Source: Adineta vaga
Taxonomy: Eukaryota > Animalia > Rotifera
Length of the DNA: 64,000 bases
NCBI GenBank assembly: GCA_021613535.1
Contig: CP075496.1
Span: 4,278,001 to 4,342,000 of the forward strand
Direction: 5' to 3'
In this document: piece after piece, positions 1-13,932 of the stretch
Numbering within the stretch: position 1 is the stretch's first letter
Layout: every line of letters begins with the position of its first letter
Position numbers and translations under genes: made by a program
Notes under the pieces: generated by a model
The model's database searches: none
What the model was told of the DNA's origin: nothing
Seen by the model: the letters and a program-made list of their open reading frames with translations, nothing else

Positions 1-88
1 TTTTTGCATGAATACATCAATCTAGCATGCATTCAAAGAAGTCATCCTTTTGAATATTCCTAAATTATATGTATGATTTATTCTTTAG

Positions 89-3000
89 AGTAAAAGTCAA
101 AAACATCAAGCATTTGTTGCTGAGTTAGCTGCGAATACTGATCGTATTCAATCGATTATTGGCATGGGCAAAGGTTTGATTGATTCACGTAAATGTGCTG
201 GTTTGGAATCAACTGTAGACAATCGTTTACAACAAATTATTGAACAATGGGAATTTCTTGTGCAAAAATCATCTGATAAAAGTTTGAAATTAAAAGAAGC
301 TTCACGACAACAAACATTCAATGCTGGTGTCAAAGATGTCGAATTTTGGCTTGGAGAAGTAAGTATTCTTTCAAATATAAAATGATCTCTAATATTATAT
401 CTTGTATTTAATTTAGATTGAAAATCAATTGGCTAATGATGATGTTGGACGAGATCTAACATCTGTACAAAATATGTTGAAGAAACAACAATTATTGGAG
501 AATGATATTGCAAATCATGAGGTAATTTAAACAGAGAATGAGAAAGCGAGGAAATGAACATATTTTAATTAGCTCGATATCGTTGATATTGAGAATCTTA
601 TTTCATTCATTGTTGTAATGATCTTTTTAATATGTATTTAGAGTGCTACAACTGAATTAAACAAAACTGCCGATGAATTTATTGAAAATAATATGTTCGA
701 TGTTGAAAATATTAAAGAAACACGAAATACTATCAATGATCGTTTTCAAAAGTTTGTCAATGTTTTTAATGTTTTCTCTTTTAATCATACATTGTTCATT
801 TCTTCTATCTAGAGTTCGTAATCAAGCTGATACTCGTCGAAAACGTTTACAAGAAGCTTCAACTGTCCATCAATTCATTCGTGATCTTGAAGATGAAGAA
901 GCACAACTTAGGTACATATCAAAATTTAGTTTTCCTATTCTTTATTCAATAGTTTTCATTTGTAGAGAAAAGAAACTACTCGTTACAAGTGATGATTATG
1001 GTCGTGATTTCAATCAAAGTCAAAATTTACGTCGTAAACATAAACGTTTCGAAATTGATCTTGCCTCACATGAGCCCAATGTACAAAATCTTCAACAATT
1101 AGGAGCAGAATTAACTCAAGAAGTTGGTAATCCAGATATTGAACGTAAATGTAAAGATTTAGTTAATCATTGGGAATCATTGAAACAAGCAACTGATGAT
1201 CGAACGAAAAAACTTGATGAATCTTTAACATATCATAATTGGGCATCAAGTTTAGATGAAGAAAATGCATGGATTAAAGAACGATTACATATTATGAATA
1301 ATCCAGATATAGGTACAACATTAGTTGCTGTTCAAGGTTTACAAAAGAAACATGAATCATTTGAAGCTGACTTTCTTGTACAAAAGGAACGTTGTCAAGA
1401 AATTCTTCAACAAGGACAGAAATTAATCGAACAAGTTTGTTTAAAATCTTTGTGTTTTATAAATAAAACTATATGATTCTTCTTTTGTGTTTTTTTAAGA
1501 ACAATCATTTATCACCACAGATTAAAGATCGAATGAATTATTTAGAAGAAGCATTAAAACGTTTAGAAGTTGATGCTAGTCGACATAAGGAACGTTTACA
1601 AGAAAATGCTGCACTTCTTCAATTCATGTGGAAAGCAGACGTTGTCGAAAGTTGGATTGGTAAGTTTACTCTTCGAATAATCACTATTGCGCAAGAGTTA
1701 ATATTGCTTGAGTAGAACATCTCTAGAGATGCGTATATACAAACAAAATGAAAGGAAACGATTCGATAGTTTTCAATTCCCATTACATGTTTTTCTCTTG
1801 TGATATTTTATGTTAATTTATTTTTTAGCTGAAAAACTTCATCAATTACGAACTGATGATTTGGGTCACAATCTTTTATCTGTACAAAATCTTCTTACTC
1901 GTCATGAAACATTCGAAGCTGGATTGAGTAATTTTGAACATGAAGGTATTCGTTTAGTAACTGATCTCAAAGAAGAATTGTTATCCAATAATCGTGGTAG
2001 TAATCAACAAAATGATAAGATTCAAACACGTTATGATCTTGTTTTGAATAAGTAAGATGAATATGAGAAAATAAAATAGTTTTATGTATAATTTCGAATA
2101 TTTTAGTTGGCAAAAATTATTACAAACAAGTGGATTACGACGAGAAAAATTGAAAAAAGCTGAAGATCGTTTTCGTAATATTGAAGAATTATTTCTACGT
2201 TTTGCAAAGAAAGCATCTGCATTTAATTCATGGTTTGAAAATGCCGAAGAAGATCTTACTGATCCAGTGAAGTGCAATTCGCTCGAAGAAATTCGTGTAT
2301 GTTGATGCGTTGTTTTTGTTCTGTTTTATATAAGAAAAATCTTTATTTTTTTTCTCTCTATCAAGGCTCTAATCGATGCTCATGATCGATTTAAAACTGT
2401 TCTTGAAGAAGCTCGTTATGATTTTGATGAATTAAAAGCATCCGATGATAGTATTAAATCATTAAACATGGCTGCTAATCCATATACATGGTTCACTATG
2501 GAAACACTTTTTGATACATGGAAAAGTTTAGAAAAACTAATTCGAGTATGATAAATGAATGATTAAATTTATTGTTATTGAAAAATTCTATACGTTTTTT
2601 TCTTTCAAGGATCGTGATAATGATCTTCAATTAGAAAAGAAACGTCAAGAAGAAAATGATAAATTAAGACAACATTTTGCTGAATATGCTAATGCTTTCC
2701 ATACATGGTTACGTGGTATTGAGTATGTATTCATATCGTTCGTTGTTAGAATAGATTTTAATCGCTTTTTTTATCTTAGATCATCCATGATGAATGCGGA
2801 CGGTAATCTTGAACAACAACTTCAAACTATCAGAGTACAAAGAAGAAACTTCTTTTTAATTTTTATCTTCTATAAATATGATCTTTTTTTTGTAGCAAAA
2901 AGTTGATGAACTTCGACAACAACGACAAAAATTGAAGAAATTAGAAGATCTTGCTACAGAACTTGAACGTCGACTTATACTTGACAATCGTTATACCGAA

Positions 3001-3831
3001 TATTCTGCACTTAATCTTGCTCAAGCTTATGATCAATTAGATCAATTAGGAATGCGTATGCAACATAATTTAGAACAACAATTAGCAGCAATGAAACATA
3101 GTGGTGTTAGTGAAGATCAAGTGCGAGAATTTTCAATGATGTTTAAACATTTTGATAAAGATAAACTTGGTCGATTGAATCATCAAGACTTTAAATCATG
3201 TTTACGAGCATTAGGATATGATTTACCAACAGTAGATGATAATCAACGTGATGAACAATTTGAAAGTATACTCGATATTGTAGATCCAAACAGGTTTGTT
3301 TTCTCAATTATTCTTCATATAGAAATGAAATTGTACAGGAGAGTGAGAGCAAGAAAAAGTCTATTGAAAAAAAACAAACAAATTATGATAACTAATATAT
3401 GGATTACTTTTTGTTCATAGATCTGGTACAGTGGGTTTGGCAGATTACATGACATTCATGATCAGTCGCGAAACAGAAAATGTTACGTCGATTGATGATG
3501 TTGTTTTGGCATTTAAGAGTTTAACAGAAAATTCTGAACGTCCATATATAACACGTGATGAACTTTATGCTGTAAGTCTTATCCTCAATTCTCTTTCAAT
3601 ACATTTTATTCTTTCGATTTCTTGTAGAATCTACCACCAGAACAAGCTGAATTCTGTTGTCGTAAGATGAAACCATATCGAGATCGTAATGGTCGAGAAA
3701 TTAATAATGCTTATGATTATGATGATTTCACTCGTTGGTTGTTTAATCAACAACCACATTCGAGTTATAGTTATCATACATCAGCTATTTCATCACCATC
3801 CACATCATGGATTCAAACTCCAGCTCATTAG
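89..3831 (+). CDS. SPTAN1: Alpha-spectrin, 3' portion (last spectrin repeats + EF-hand region); gene starts upstream of window; multi-exon
   Basis: Spliced translation gives alpha-spectrin hallmarks: SKSQKHQAFVAEL, FLVQKSSDKSLKLKEA, WKADVVESWI, FAKKASAFNSWFENAEEDLTDPVKCNSLEEI, NPYTWFTME, DQLDQLGMRMQHNLEQQ, EFSMMFKHFDKDKLGRLNHQDFKSCLRALGYDL, ISRETENV. All introns GT-AG with matching phases; stop TAG 3829-3831. Confidence 0.97.
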
Positions 3832-4466
3832 TCAAGACAAACTTCATTTAATCTCAATCTTTTTCTCGCGATATATGTACGTGTGTATGTGTGCACCTTT
3901 TTTTTTGTTTGTGGTTAATTGGTTCCGCTTTTTTCGCGTATTCTGTGTACTATTTTACTCAAACTTCTTATCATTTTTTTTTCTCACTATTATTTGCTTA
4001 TTATTAGAATGAACGAGAAAAAGAAAGTAAAGGATTATATGTGTGTAGAATGCATTGGAAAAAAAGCAAAAACATTTGATTGAAATTTAGTGTTTGTTTT
4101 ATCGTATATAATACATTCTATATGCAAGGAAATTTCTTTCATTGAAATCAAAATGAACCTAAATAAGTTTCTGAAATGTGATTGTATGATATATGCAAGA
4201 TAATAATACAGATTATCAAATTTATCAACAGCTGTCATGCGACATCTGTTGATTGAACTAATTTAGCCATTTTCCAACAGCTTGTTTGAACTATGGCAAC
4301 CTCAATTTTCATGACATCGATGGAACCAATACAATGTTCATGAATTTTTATGATTCCTTGTATGAATAAGACGATTTGTCATCGAGTATTAGATCTAATA
4401 TACTGATTCATACCGTGATTTATATATGTCAAATTTATATGGATCAAATAGAAAGTTTTATAACAG

Positions 4467-4480
4467 GTAACCACAGTAAC
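4467..4480. promoter_or_regulatory. RFX X-box upstream of CPLANE1
   Basis: GTAACC-AC-AGTAAC is an exact match to GTNRCC(N0-3)RGYAAC, ~95 bp before the ATG of a ciliogenesis gene. An extra half-site (CTATGGCAAC) lies at 4291-4300. Confidence 0.7.
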
Positions 4481-4575
4481 GGTAAGGAATTCGATTGCTT
4501 TTTTTCCCGTGTCGTTTAGATGAGTAGATATGTTCAGAGTTTTATGAAAGGAAAATTCTCGATTTCAGATAAAAA

Positions 4576-7500
4576 ATGAAACTAGAATTAGTTATTGAAA
4601 AGAACGTTATTTTGAAACGTGATAAACCATGGTCACATTTTTATTCTCTCAATGATCAGGAACTTTTATGTTATAATGATCAGAAAAAATTTGAATCTGT
4701 TAATTCTTCCAATGGTAAAATTGAACACATATCAAATAAAACAATAGTTAATTCATCAAAATCATCTCTTGCTCATTGTTTATCAAACAATGGTCAATTC
4801 TGTGCATTTCTATCACCGAATTATGAAATAACTGTTTGGAATAAAGAAAAATTAATTCGAACAATACCATCTTGTACACTTGCTATTAATGCTATTAAAA
4901 CTACACCATCTATTTATATAAGTAATTCTGGTGAACAAGCTATTCTTATTCTACGACAACCATGTCGAATATTTCTTTGGCTCAAATCCTTAAATTTACA
5001 ATTGATTCCTACGCAACGTCATCATAAGAGTCCAATTTGTTCTAGCTTAGGAAATCGTTCAACAGATGAGATTGGTACTTGGCATGAATTGATCCTAGCA
5101 AAGAACTATTTAGATATTATGAATGATGCTAAACATCAAATATCTACCGATGTTTTTTTTCATTCAAAAAATTCTTCAATCATTTGTGCTTTTGTATTTA
5201 CTGATCCTGCAGGTTATATACAAATCAATCGTCTCGATATTGAATGGAAGTCAACAATTTATGTTGAACAATCCGTTTCCTATTCATTTGAAATTCTTCA
5301 AATACCATTAAATTTATTATCATGCTCATTTCAGTCGATTCGTTTTGCTCATACATCACCTATTTTAGCAATTAGTTTATCAACACATATTTTATTTGTT
5401 TCTTTAACCACGATAACATTTTCGAAATTAACTTCTGTGAATTGTTCATTTGTTACATCACCAACTCATCAACAAGTATTGATCAATGATTTAGTATGGA
5501 GTTTAGATGATCAATTTCTTATTGGTTTAACAAATCGTGGTGCATTATTTTTTCTTAATCGATTTGGTTCACAATTAAATTTAGTTACACAAGGTGAATG
5601 TATTACTCAAGGACCATCACCATTCGTTATTATTCATCCATTAATTGGTCAAGATAGTGAAGCAACAAATCATCTAGGTTTAGATGCATTTATGAGATCA
5701 ATTGTACCATTTTCAAATGATGATAAAACAAAACAACAAACTTATTCTTTAACTATTAATACAACTAAATCAGTATTTTATTGTAGTGATGGTTATCGTC
5801 TAGCAAGAATTATGTATTCAAATAACATTCGTGATAGACGATTCTATGATCCATTACTTTATTTATATTTAACTGATTTAAATCAACAACATGATCAACA
5901 ATCTCTATTCATTCATAAAACAAGGTATGTTATAGAACTATGATACATCAATTTTTATAGTTTTATTAACGATTTTGTTTCTCTCAATTTAGATCATTTG
6001 ATGATCTTCCAAAAGTTGTTGATCGTTTCGACACTGAAAGTATCCGTAGTGGCGGAGCCGGTGGTGACTTATATATTTCATCTAAATATGGAAGTTTAAC
6101 TTCTTTACCAATCGATGATTTACCTCAATTATCATTAGATGATATTTTTTCTGCCTATCATCTTCTTTTCACTTCATCTGAACGTGTTCAACATGATATA
6201 TGTGCTTGTCTTGAACGTACAACACAAAAATTACTTACTTCACCAGATAATCAAGATATTCTCACATCAATTCAATTATCTCGTTGTTTAACAAATCTTG
6301 TTTTATCTTCATCATTTGGTTCATTGACATTTTTACATCTTTCTTGTTTAACAAAATTCATTCCATTATTTATTCATATTTTTCAACAACAAACAACCGT
6401 TGTAAATGAACCTGAATTGTTACAATTGTGCATTTTACGTATTATTGAACAATGGTTACAATCTGTTCTATATATTCCAACAAGATTGAATACATTTGAA
6501 ATATGTCGAAGACAAAAACTGAATTATATCAATGGCGAAGAAAGAGATTTTCAACTTTGTAAAGGAATTAAACAACTTGAATTATTGCAAGGAACAAATA
6601 TTAATTTAGATGAATTTTTAGCACCGACTTTACCTAATCAACGATTGAATCCACAGGTAAAACGATATTATTATTTCATTCAGTCTATATAAAAATAGGA
6701 TCTGTTTTTTTTTGCGTACTCTTCATAGACGATAGATTCTCGATACGATCGTATCACTCTTCTCCGTTCATGGTACATATTATGGTCAAAAATGGAAAAA
6801 AAATTTCGTCACAATAAACAGAATCTTCCAAAATATTTAATTACAATTCGTCTTTTTCTTCAATCTGTTCTTCATTCTTATCCATCATTATATACAATTC
6901 GTTTATCAACCTATGGTCATCCAGTTGATTTAAATAATCTGTTTCCACCAACGATAACTCCAGTTGATCAACTATTAAATAAAAAAAGTTATTCAACAAT
7001 GAATGAACGACGAAAACAACGTCGTCGAGTATCAAATGCTATCGAACAGCCAAGTTCAGCACGTTCCTCTCGTCGTGGAAAACCACCAACTGAAGCACGG
7101 AAAGCTCTTGTACTTCATCGTGTTCTTTACGGTCTACTTGAACAATACAATATTCGCGATGCTATTTGTATACTCAATGTTGCTCTACGACGTGAAACAT
7201 CAGTTGCATCATCGTGTCTTCCTTTGGATTTATTTAGTGCAAATTTATTTCAATATATTGATACTCGAACACATTTCGGTATGCCAAATCATGCTTTACG
7301 ATCTGTTCTTCGTACGTTAGCACGGTTTATGGCTCGATCAATGATAATTAATGAGAAAAATAAAGATCAACAAGAATTATTTATCTATTCAGTTGATTTC
7401 GCATGTCCTCTACCGAATTTATTTAAAACAAAATATAAAACAAATGAACAATTAAAATATCGAATGATTCATATTGATAGAAATCGATTGAATATAGCTA

Positions 7501-10500
7501 TTGAACAACAAAAATTGAGTAAATTTTGGCAACCATTAAAAGTCTTAGAATTATTTATTCTTGGTCAATCACCTAACGAAGCCGTGTAAGTATTCAGAAA
7601 ATTGAATCGAACGTTTTAACATATCAAAAGATGAAATTGATCGTTATGACCTCCTAGAATAATATCTATGCGTTAAATTTGAAAAGTTTCTTTTCTGTCT
7701 TTTAGATTCTTCGCAAAACTAGTTGGTGATTGGCGTACAGCTTTATGTTTAGCTTCTGTTTTACCTCCTCATAATGGTCTCTATGCTTCACCTAAAACGA
7801 CAAATCGTTCTTCTCGATCTTATTCACCTTTAAATACAATTACAGTTGATGCATTACTATATACAAAACTATGTGAATACCTTCAAATTGATAATCTCAA
7901 ATCTCTATTAAAACGTTCATATAAACAAGAAGATATCCTAGTATTTATTCAAAATCTACCATCAACATTAGAACAATTTCTTCTCTGTTCAACATTATTA
8001 CAAGTTCCATTAACTGAAATGTTATTAAAACGTTTAAATGCCATCATGATCTATTTATTTACATTAATTTCAATACCAATCTCATCAAAATATTATCTAC
8101 CATGTCCACCAATCTATTCTTCAATACTGAACACCTATGATGATGATAAATATGATATAACATGTAAATATGAAACACATGTTCGTTTAATTTACTATCG
8201 AACAATTCATATGTTTATACAAATTCTATCTGCTAGTCGTATACAACTATCATGTTTAAAATGGTATCTTGATTATCTAACAATGACGAATAATCGACGT
8301 AAACAGACACCAAATATCGATGATAGTTTCCATTCACTTAGAATGTTACTTAAATCTTTACGTTTTCATAAATTACCAAATATACCTGATCGAATACTTG
8401 TTTATTTCCGAGATTTTTGTATTATGTTATTTTTATTAGATACTCGTGATCGTTTATCATTAACTTTACGAAATTATATTCGTCAAAAAACGGAATCAAT
8501 TCTTTCATCAGATAAACTGGCATGGCAAATTATAAGTTATGCAACAATTCTTCTTTCATTTCGATGTTTAATATCCGATGAAATGAATTTATTACGTATT
8601 GTATTAAATCTTCTCTTCGATTTAACACCATCTGAACAATTAATGCGAGCATTAGCAACGCTGATTATTACTAGACAAGATGCCGATAATGAGAGAGAGA
8701 ATAATGCTGAAATTGGATATATCATAGAGAAATTAAAAGCAAAATGGATGCAAATTAATCCAACATTGATTCGTATGTATGAAGATTACTTAGAAAAAAC
8801 AATTGTTCAAGATGTACAAGGTGATATGGTTAAACATTATCTCAATGATATGTAAGAAAGAGAAAACAAAAGATCAAGTTTTTAGAGAAAATCGTTTTTA
8901 TTTTAGATCGGATCATCAACATCCTCATCAAGAACCTTTATTTGATTTTAAACCGAAATGGTTCGAAACATGTGTTGAATATGGTGAATTCATGACGATG
9001 CTTATACCACTTCTTCTGGATACATCATCATTGACTAGTATTAAAAAGCAAGAATTAAATAATGATCATACAAAATTTGATAGTACATCAATACCATTAG
9101 TGCAGACAATGAGTGCACAACTACGTGAATTAGAGTTACCAACAAGTCTTGATAAACGATATTTACTTAAACAAACGCCATTATTCATTCCACCGCATGA
9201 ATATGTTGTTTTTCCTGTTCGTATATTACAAAATGATCCACAACAAACCATGTTTCAACAACCATCTACTGCTGTGAATCATACAACTGTAGGAAGTTTT
9301 ATTCAAACACCCTTAACTCAACCACCACCAGGTGTCGTGTCTCTCGAACAACAACATCGACATAGTTATCAAAATTTAGATGCTAATAATAATAATATTG
9401 ATACGTATACAAATGGAAATCCATCAATGGAATGGGATGGTCGTTCCGATGATCCCTCGCGATCGCATGTACGACAATTCGATGCTCCATATGATGATGC
9501 AGCACGGCACAGTATTTGGATGACTGGATGGGCCAATCGGGGTTTTTCAACGACAACTGACCAAACACAAACACCTGGTATGCGTATTCCTGCAGCCGCA
9601 CAATTTCTTGCAGCAACTTCATTAATCAGTGATCAACAACGTTATGATATGGTTGTGAAACAAAATTCACAACAAAATAAAGCTAATCATGATCAAGGAG
9701 ATAATGATACCGATTTAACAGATGTAACGAAAAATGAAGATGAAGATGGTGTTGGTACACAAAGTGATATGTTCTCAAGTCCTCGCCGACGAGATCTTGC
9801 ATTTCGAAAAAATTCTCTCGATGAAAGCATGTCATTACCAAATTTAAGTAATGATGGTGGTGGCGATTTTGGTCGTAATTATGATTTTCGTGCCCCATCA
9901 CGGGAAACAATCCGTGATGAAACACCGACATATGATTTCCGTGAATTTCCAACAGATATTAGAGAACCAAATAATCATCCATATATTCATCAACAAGAAA
10001 CAGATCCACCATCACAAATTTCACCACCAACGTCCAATGGATTTCAACAGCAACAACAACATCATCATCCAACTCGACAATCATTGACTGATCGACGTTA
10101 TTTTGATGATTCTGATCCTCATTTATCATCGAGAATGGAACAAGAAGAGAAAAATAAATATGTTGCTTTAGGTAATTTACTAATTAAATTTTTCATTAGT
10201 TCGAAATTAATCAGTTGAGCATACAAAACTCTCGTTAATTCTCTTATTACCGATAAATTATTGTAAAAGTAAATGTATATTTCAATATTTAGATTCTAAT
10301 CGTACGGCAACTTTAATACAATCTCCGAACGGATATTATCCATCTTCTCTTGACTCTCGTGCTTATCAAACATCACATCGTGATTCAGAAAATCGCCGAT
10401 CACCAACACGAGATCCATCTAGTCGTCAGTCACCACGACGAGATCGTCGTAATCATCGATCACCTAGTCGAGATCCATCCAGTCATCGTTCAACCTCACA

Positions 10501-13500
10501 TGATCCATATCAACATTATCAGCCATTTCCTCATCTTCAACCAACATCAATGTATGATCAACCTCAGCTATATGCACCTATTCAACGTAATGTTTCTCTA
10601 CGTTTACCACTTCTTCGTCTCGGTGGTCCGACTATGACTACTGCACCAATGTTAACTCGAGTTCATTTAGCACCAACGGCGCCTTCAACTGCTGTCTATC
10701 CTCCAAGAGCTCTCTATGTTCCGACGCCACCACCACGCATTCCATATCCTATGCTCCATTTAGCTCCTCAACTACCTCCACCAGTATCACTCACTCCACA
10801 AGCAACACGAATCGATCAACAAAAATTAGTTCATGTACAAAATATCATGCATCAATACGCTGAACATAATCGACCACGTCTTCAATTATTACAGATGCGT
10901 CCACATCCAAGAACAACTACAACGACCGATTTACAAATACCAATGCCTGCACCAAATATTGTTAGTACGTCATCAGATACAAAGATAGACACTGGCATTC
11001 AAGCTGAAATGCCTCGACAGGATGGTTTCATTATTGAACCTGGTCTATTTCAAGTAAGTTTTTTTGCTCTATGTTCTATAGACAATAATAGCATTATGTA
11101 TCTATTTACTTTATAGTCACTTTTACGCGAGACTACTGGTGTTAATTTTACATCAGCCGAAGCACATTTTTCTGCCGCTCGTCAAATACAACAGCAAGCA
11201 CTTGAAGCTCGTCGTCGCGAACGATCTACCATGACGGATTTACCAGCACATCAAGTTTTATATGATTTACAATATGCTCGTGGTGGTACAGGAGATGAAC
11301 GTAAATTTGTCAATGTTACGGATATTGCTGGTACACATGCTGATGCACTACTAGCTCAAATTGAACGAGATCAGAATGAACGAGAACAACAAGCTCGTCT
11401 ACGTCAACAACAACAACAACAACCACAACCACCGCCTATACCTATGATTACTAATATAAATGAAATGCCACCAGCAGTTTATCCTATTGGTTTCGAACGA
11501 CAATATACAGAAATGAGTCAACAACAACCTTATTATCCTCCTTTAGGTTTCGATCGGCTAAATGCTCAAAATTCTGAGAGACGTCAAAATTTATTCAATA
11601 ACGATGATATACAACGACAAAATGAACTCATTTTGGAACGTCGAAGACAACGAGAAGAAGAAGAGAGACAAGCAGAACGCTTAGCTTTTGGTAATATCGA
11701 TGGTAACCGTTCACCACGAAAAGTAACATATGAACTAGATGAAAACGTATAAGTCTGAATTTGATTGACTAATTCTATTTTAATTTATACTGTAATTTAG
11801 GATGTTCCTCTCGAATATTTAATCCGTCAACGACGTTCAGCAGAACCAATATCTGATGCTAATTCACATATAGTAGATCCTATTTCAGTTCGTTCAATCA
11901 CACCTCGTTCACCACGTAAACAAACATATAGTGATCGTCCAATTTCAATTAAAACGACAACACCTCGTGATCCATTTTCATCACGTAAAACTGTTAGTCA
12001 TACAACATCACATTCATCTACGACCACACCACGAAAAGCCGCATCGCCTACAATTGCTGATCGACATCGTGAAGCTCGTCAGCGACAACAACAAGTGTTG
12101 TCACGTTTACGTGAACAAAATGCTCTTCGTTTTGCTGATGATGCTCTGCATGGTGAACCCGTACCATCAACACGTGCTCTAGATGAATTTCAACTTGAAG
12201 CTTTAGAAACAAGTTTTACATCAACTGTGCGTGAATTGTCAGGTCCTGGTGGACTTATCAATCGTACATATGATCTTGATTTAATGGATGATGTAGATGA
12301 TATTGATAATGATTATTCAAATCAATTCCCATCAAGACCAATGTCTGCAGCAACATCGAATTTTAATCATAATGCATCTCATTTTTCAACTTCCTCATCA
12401 CCATTACGACGAACATCATCAGCATCTTCAACTCGATCTCGACCAATGACACCTATGGGCAAAGCCATTGTTCAGGTGTGAATACGTTTATCTATCTATA
12501 TACAATCTAAATTTTGTATTACGATATATTTCAGGTTAAACAAAAAGGTCCACCACCGGCTCGTAGTAATATGGCTAGAAAACGACCACTTTCATCCCCA
12601 GCTAATCTAGGACATAAACGAGGTTCAATGAATACTTCGATTAAGAATAGTACTCAACCTCGTCAAAAATTGGTACGAACTATACGAAAAGCATCGCCAC
12701 CCTCACATAAACCAACAACATATAATGAGCGAGTACGTTCCTTAAATAAACCAGATGCTGAAAATCGAACGACAACAACAACCACAAATAAATCTGACTC
12801 CATGGATCCGAAAGCACTCATGCGTTTGTATGGTACACGAAGAGTTCCTGGTCTTTATGTTCCTTATGAAAAGACAGATCCACGTATGACAAAGACATAT
12901 GCAGAGCGAATGCAAGAATTACAACAATCCACAACAACTCCTCAACCTCATCCACGTCGGCAACCACAAAAACAAGAAGAACAGGAATTAGAACAACGAC
13001 CATCAAGTGCTCCATCCAGGTAAATATTTATATCAACTATTCTTTCTCTTTGCATAACTATTTCTTGTTTTTTTTTTCTTTTAAAACTATTTTCAGTTCT
13101 TTGAGTTTATCTGATTGGGAAGTTGATGACCGTGTTAAACAATTATTAGCTGATGATCAAGATTCATTACCGAGTAGAAAATTAACTCGAACAATAACAC
13201 CTTTAGACAATCTTGATGAACTTGATGATGATGAACTTAATATGGAAGAAACAACATATAGTTTAACTCGTGTGACTGAACAAACAAATGATAATACATA
13301 TGGTGATGATCTTCGATTGCTTCAATATCGACGATCAAGTGGTTTAAATACAAATACACATGGTGGAACAAGAATTAGTGCACGTAGCAGTGCTGGTGGT
13401 GATATGACAGCACGAGATGAAAGTGAATTGTCTAGAAATGAAAGTAGTATTGCAAGTATTATTGATTGGAGTGCTATCGATAGAGATTTTCCGACAGGAA

Positions 13501-13508
13501 CACAATAA
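4576..13508 (+). CDS. CPLANE1: Ciliogenesis and planar polarity effector 1 (C5orf42/JBTS17) homologue; one multi-exon gene joining the + strand ORFs from 4576 to 13508
   Basis: N-terminus MKLELVIEKNVILKRDKPW...CLSNNGQFCAFL..EITVWNKE parallels the CPLANE1 N-terminal beta-propeller region (recalled as MEIRLEIL..KKPWP..ELFLWNKD). Also LVWSLDDQFLIGLTNRGALF, VGDWRTA, YYLPCPPIY, and C-terminal SIASIIDWSAID (cf. SILSKLDWNAIE). Exons checked join in frame through GT-AG introns; long P/Q/S/R-rich C-terminal half. Confidence 0.85.
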
Positions 13509-13782
13509 ACTTTCTATGTAATTCGTTCTTTTTTTTGTTCTTGTCTCTTTTATACCGCTTTCTATTTCGTAGTATTAATATTAATAAGTTTTACTCATGG
13601 GAATAATAAAAGGATAAAAACATTTTCACGTCATTAATTCTTTTAGTGACATCTTCAGATGATTTTACTTCAGACAATTATAATTTATTTCTCAAGTGAT
13701 AGTCAATCATCGAAAACATTATCTAAATAAAATTTATCTCATTGAATCAGTATAGAATCAATATAATGTATAGTTTTATTTT

Positions 13783-13796
13783 AATACCAAGGTAAC
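13783..13796. promoter_or_regulatory. Imperfect RFX X-box upstream of SDCCAG8
   Basis: AATACC-AA-GGTAAC: perfect RGYAAC half-site, degenerate 5' half, ~140 bp before the ATG. Confidence 0.4.
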
Positions 13797-13932
13797 AGAC
13801 TAAAATGACATATGTCATGTCGATAGAAACGTTATTTTTCTCGGTTTATATAAAGAGAACAGTGATACTACTGAAAGAAAACAAGAATTTAATATTTAAT
13901 GAAAAAATAATCATTGATACTACAATTTATCA

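Noticed and set aside
10390-10505. Short imperfect repeats (RSPxRDPSS) in CPLANE1
   Set aside because: Ordinary coding low-complexity repeats; not a spacer array or CRISPR.
9066-13015. Antisense and alternate-frame ORFs over CPLANE1 (and likewise over other genes)
   Set aside because: Shadow ORFs from codon bias in low-complexity exons; no motifs.
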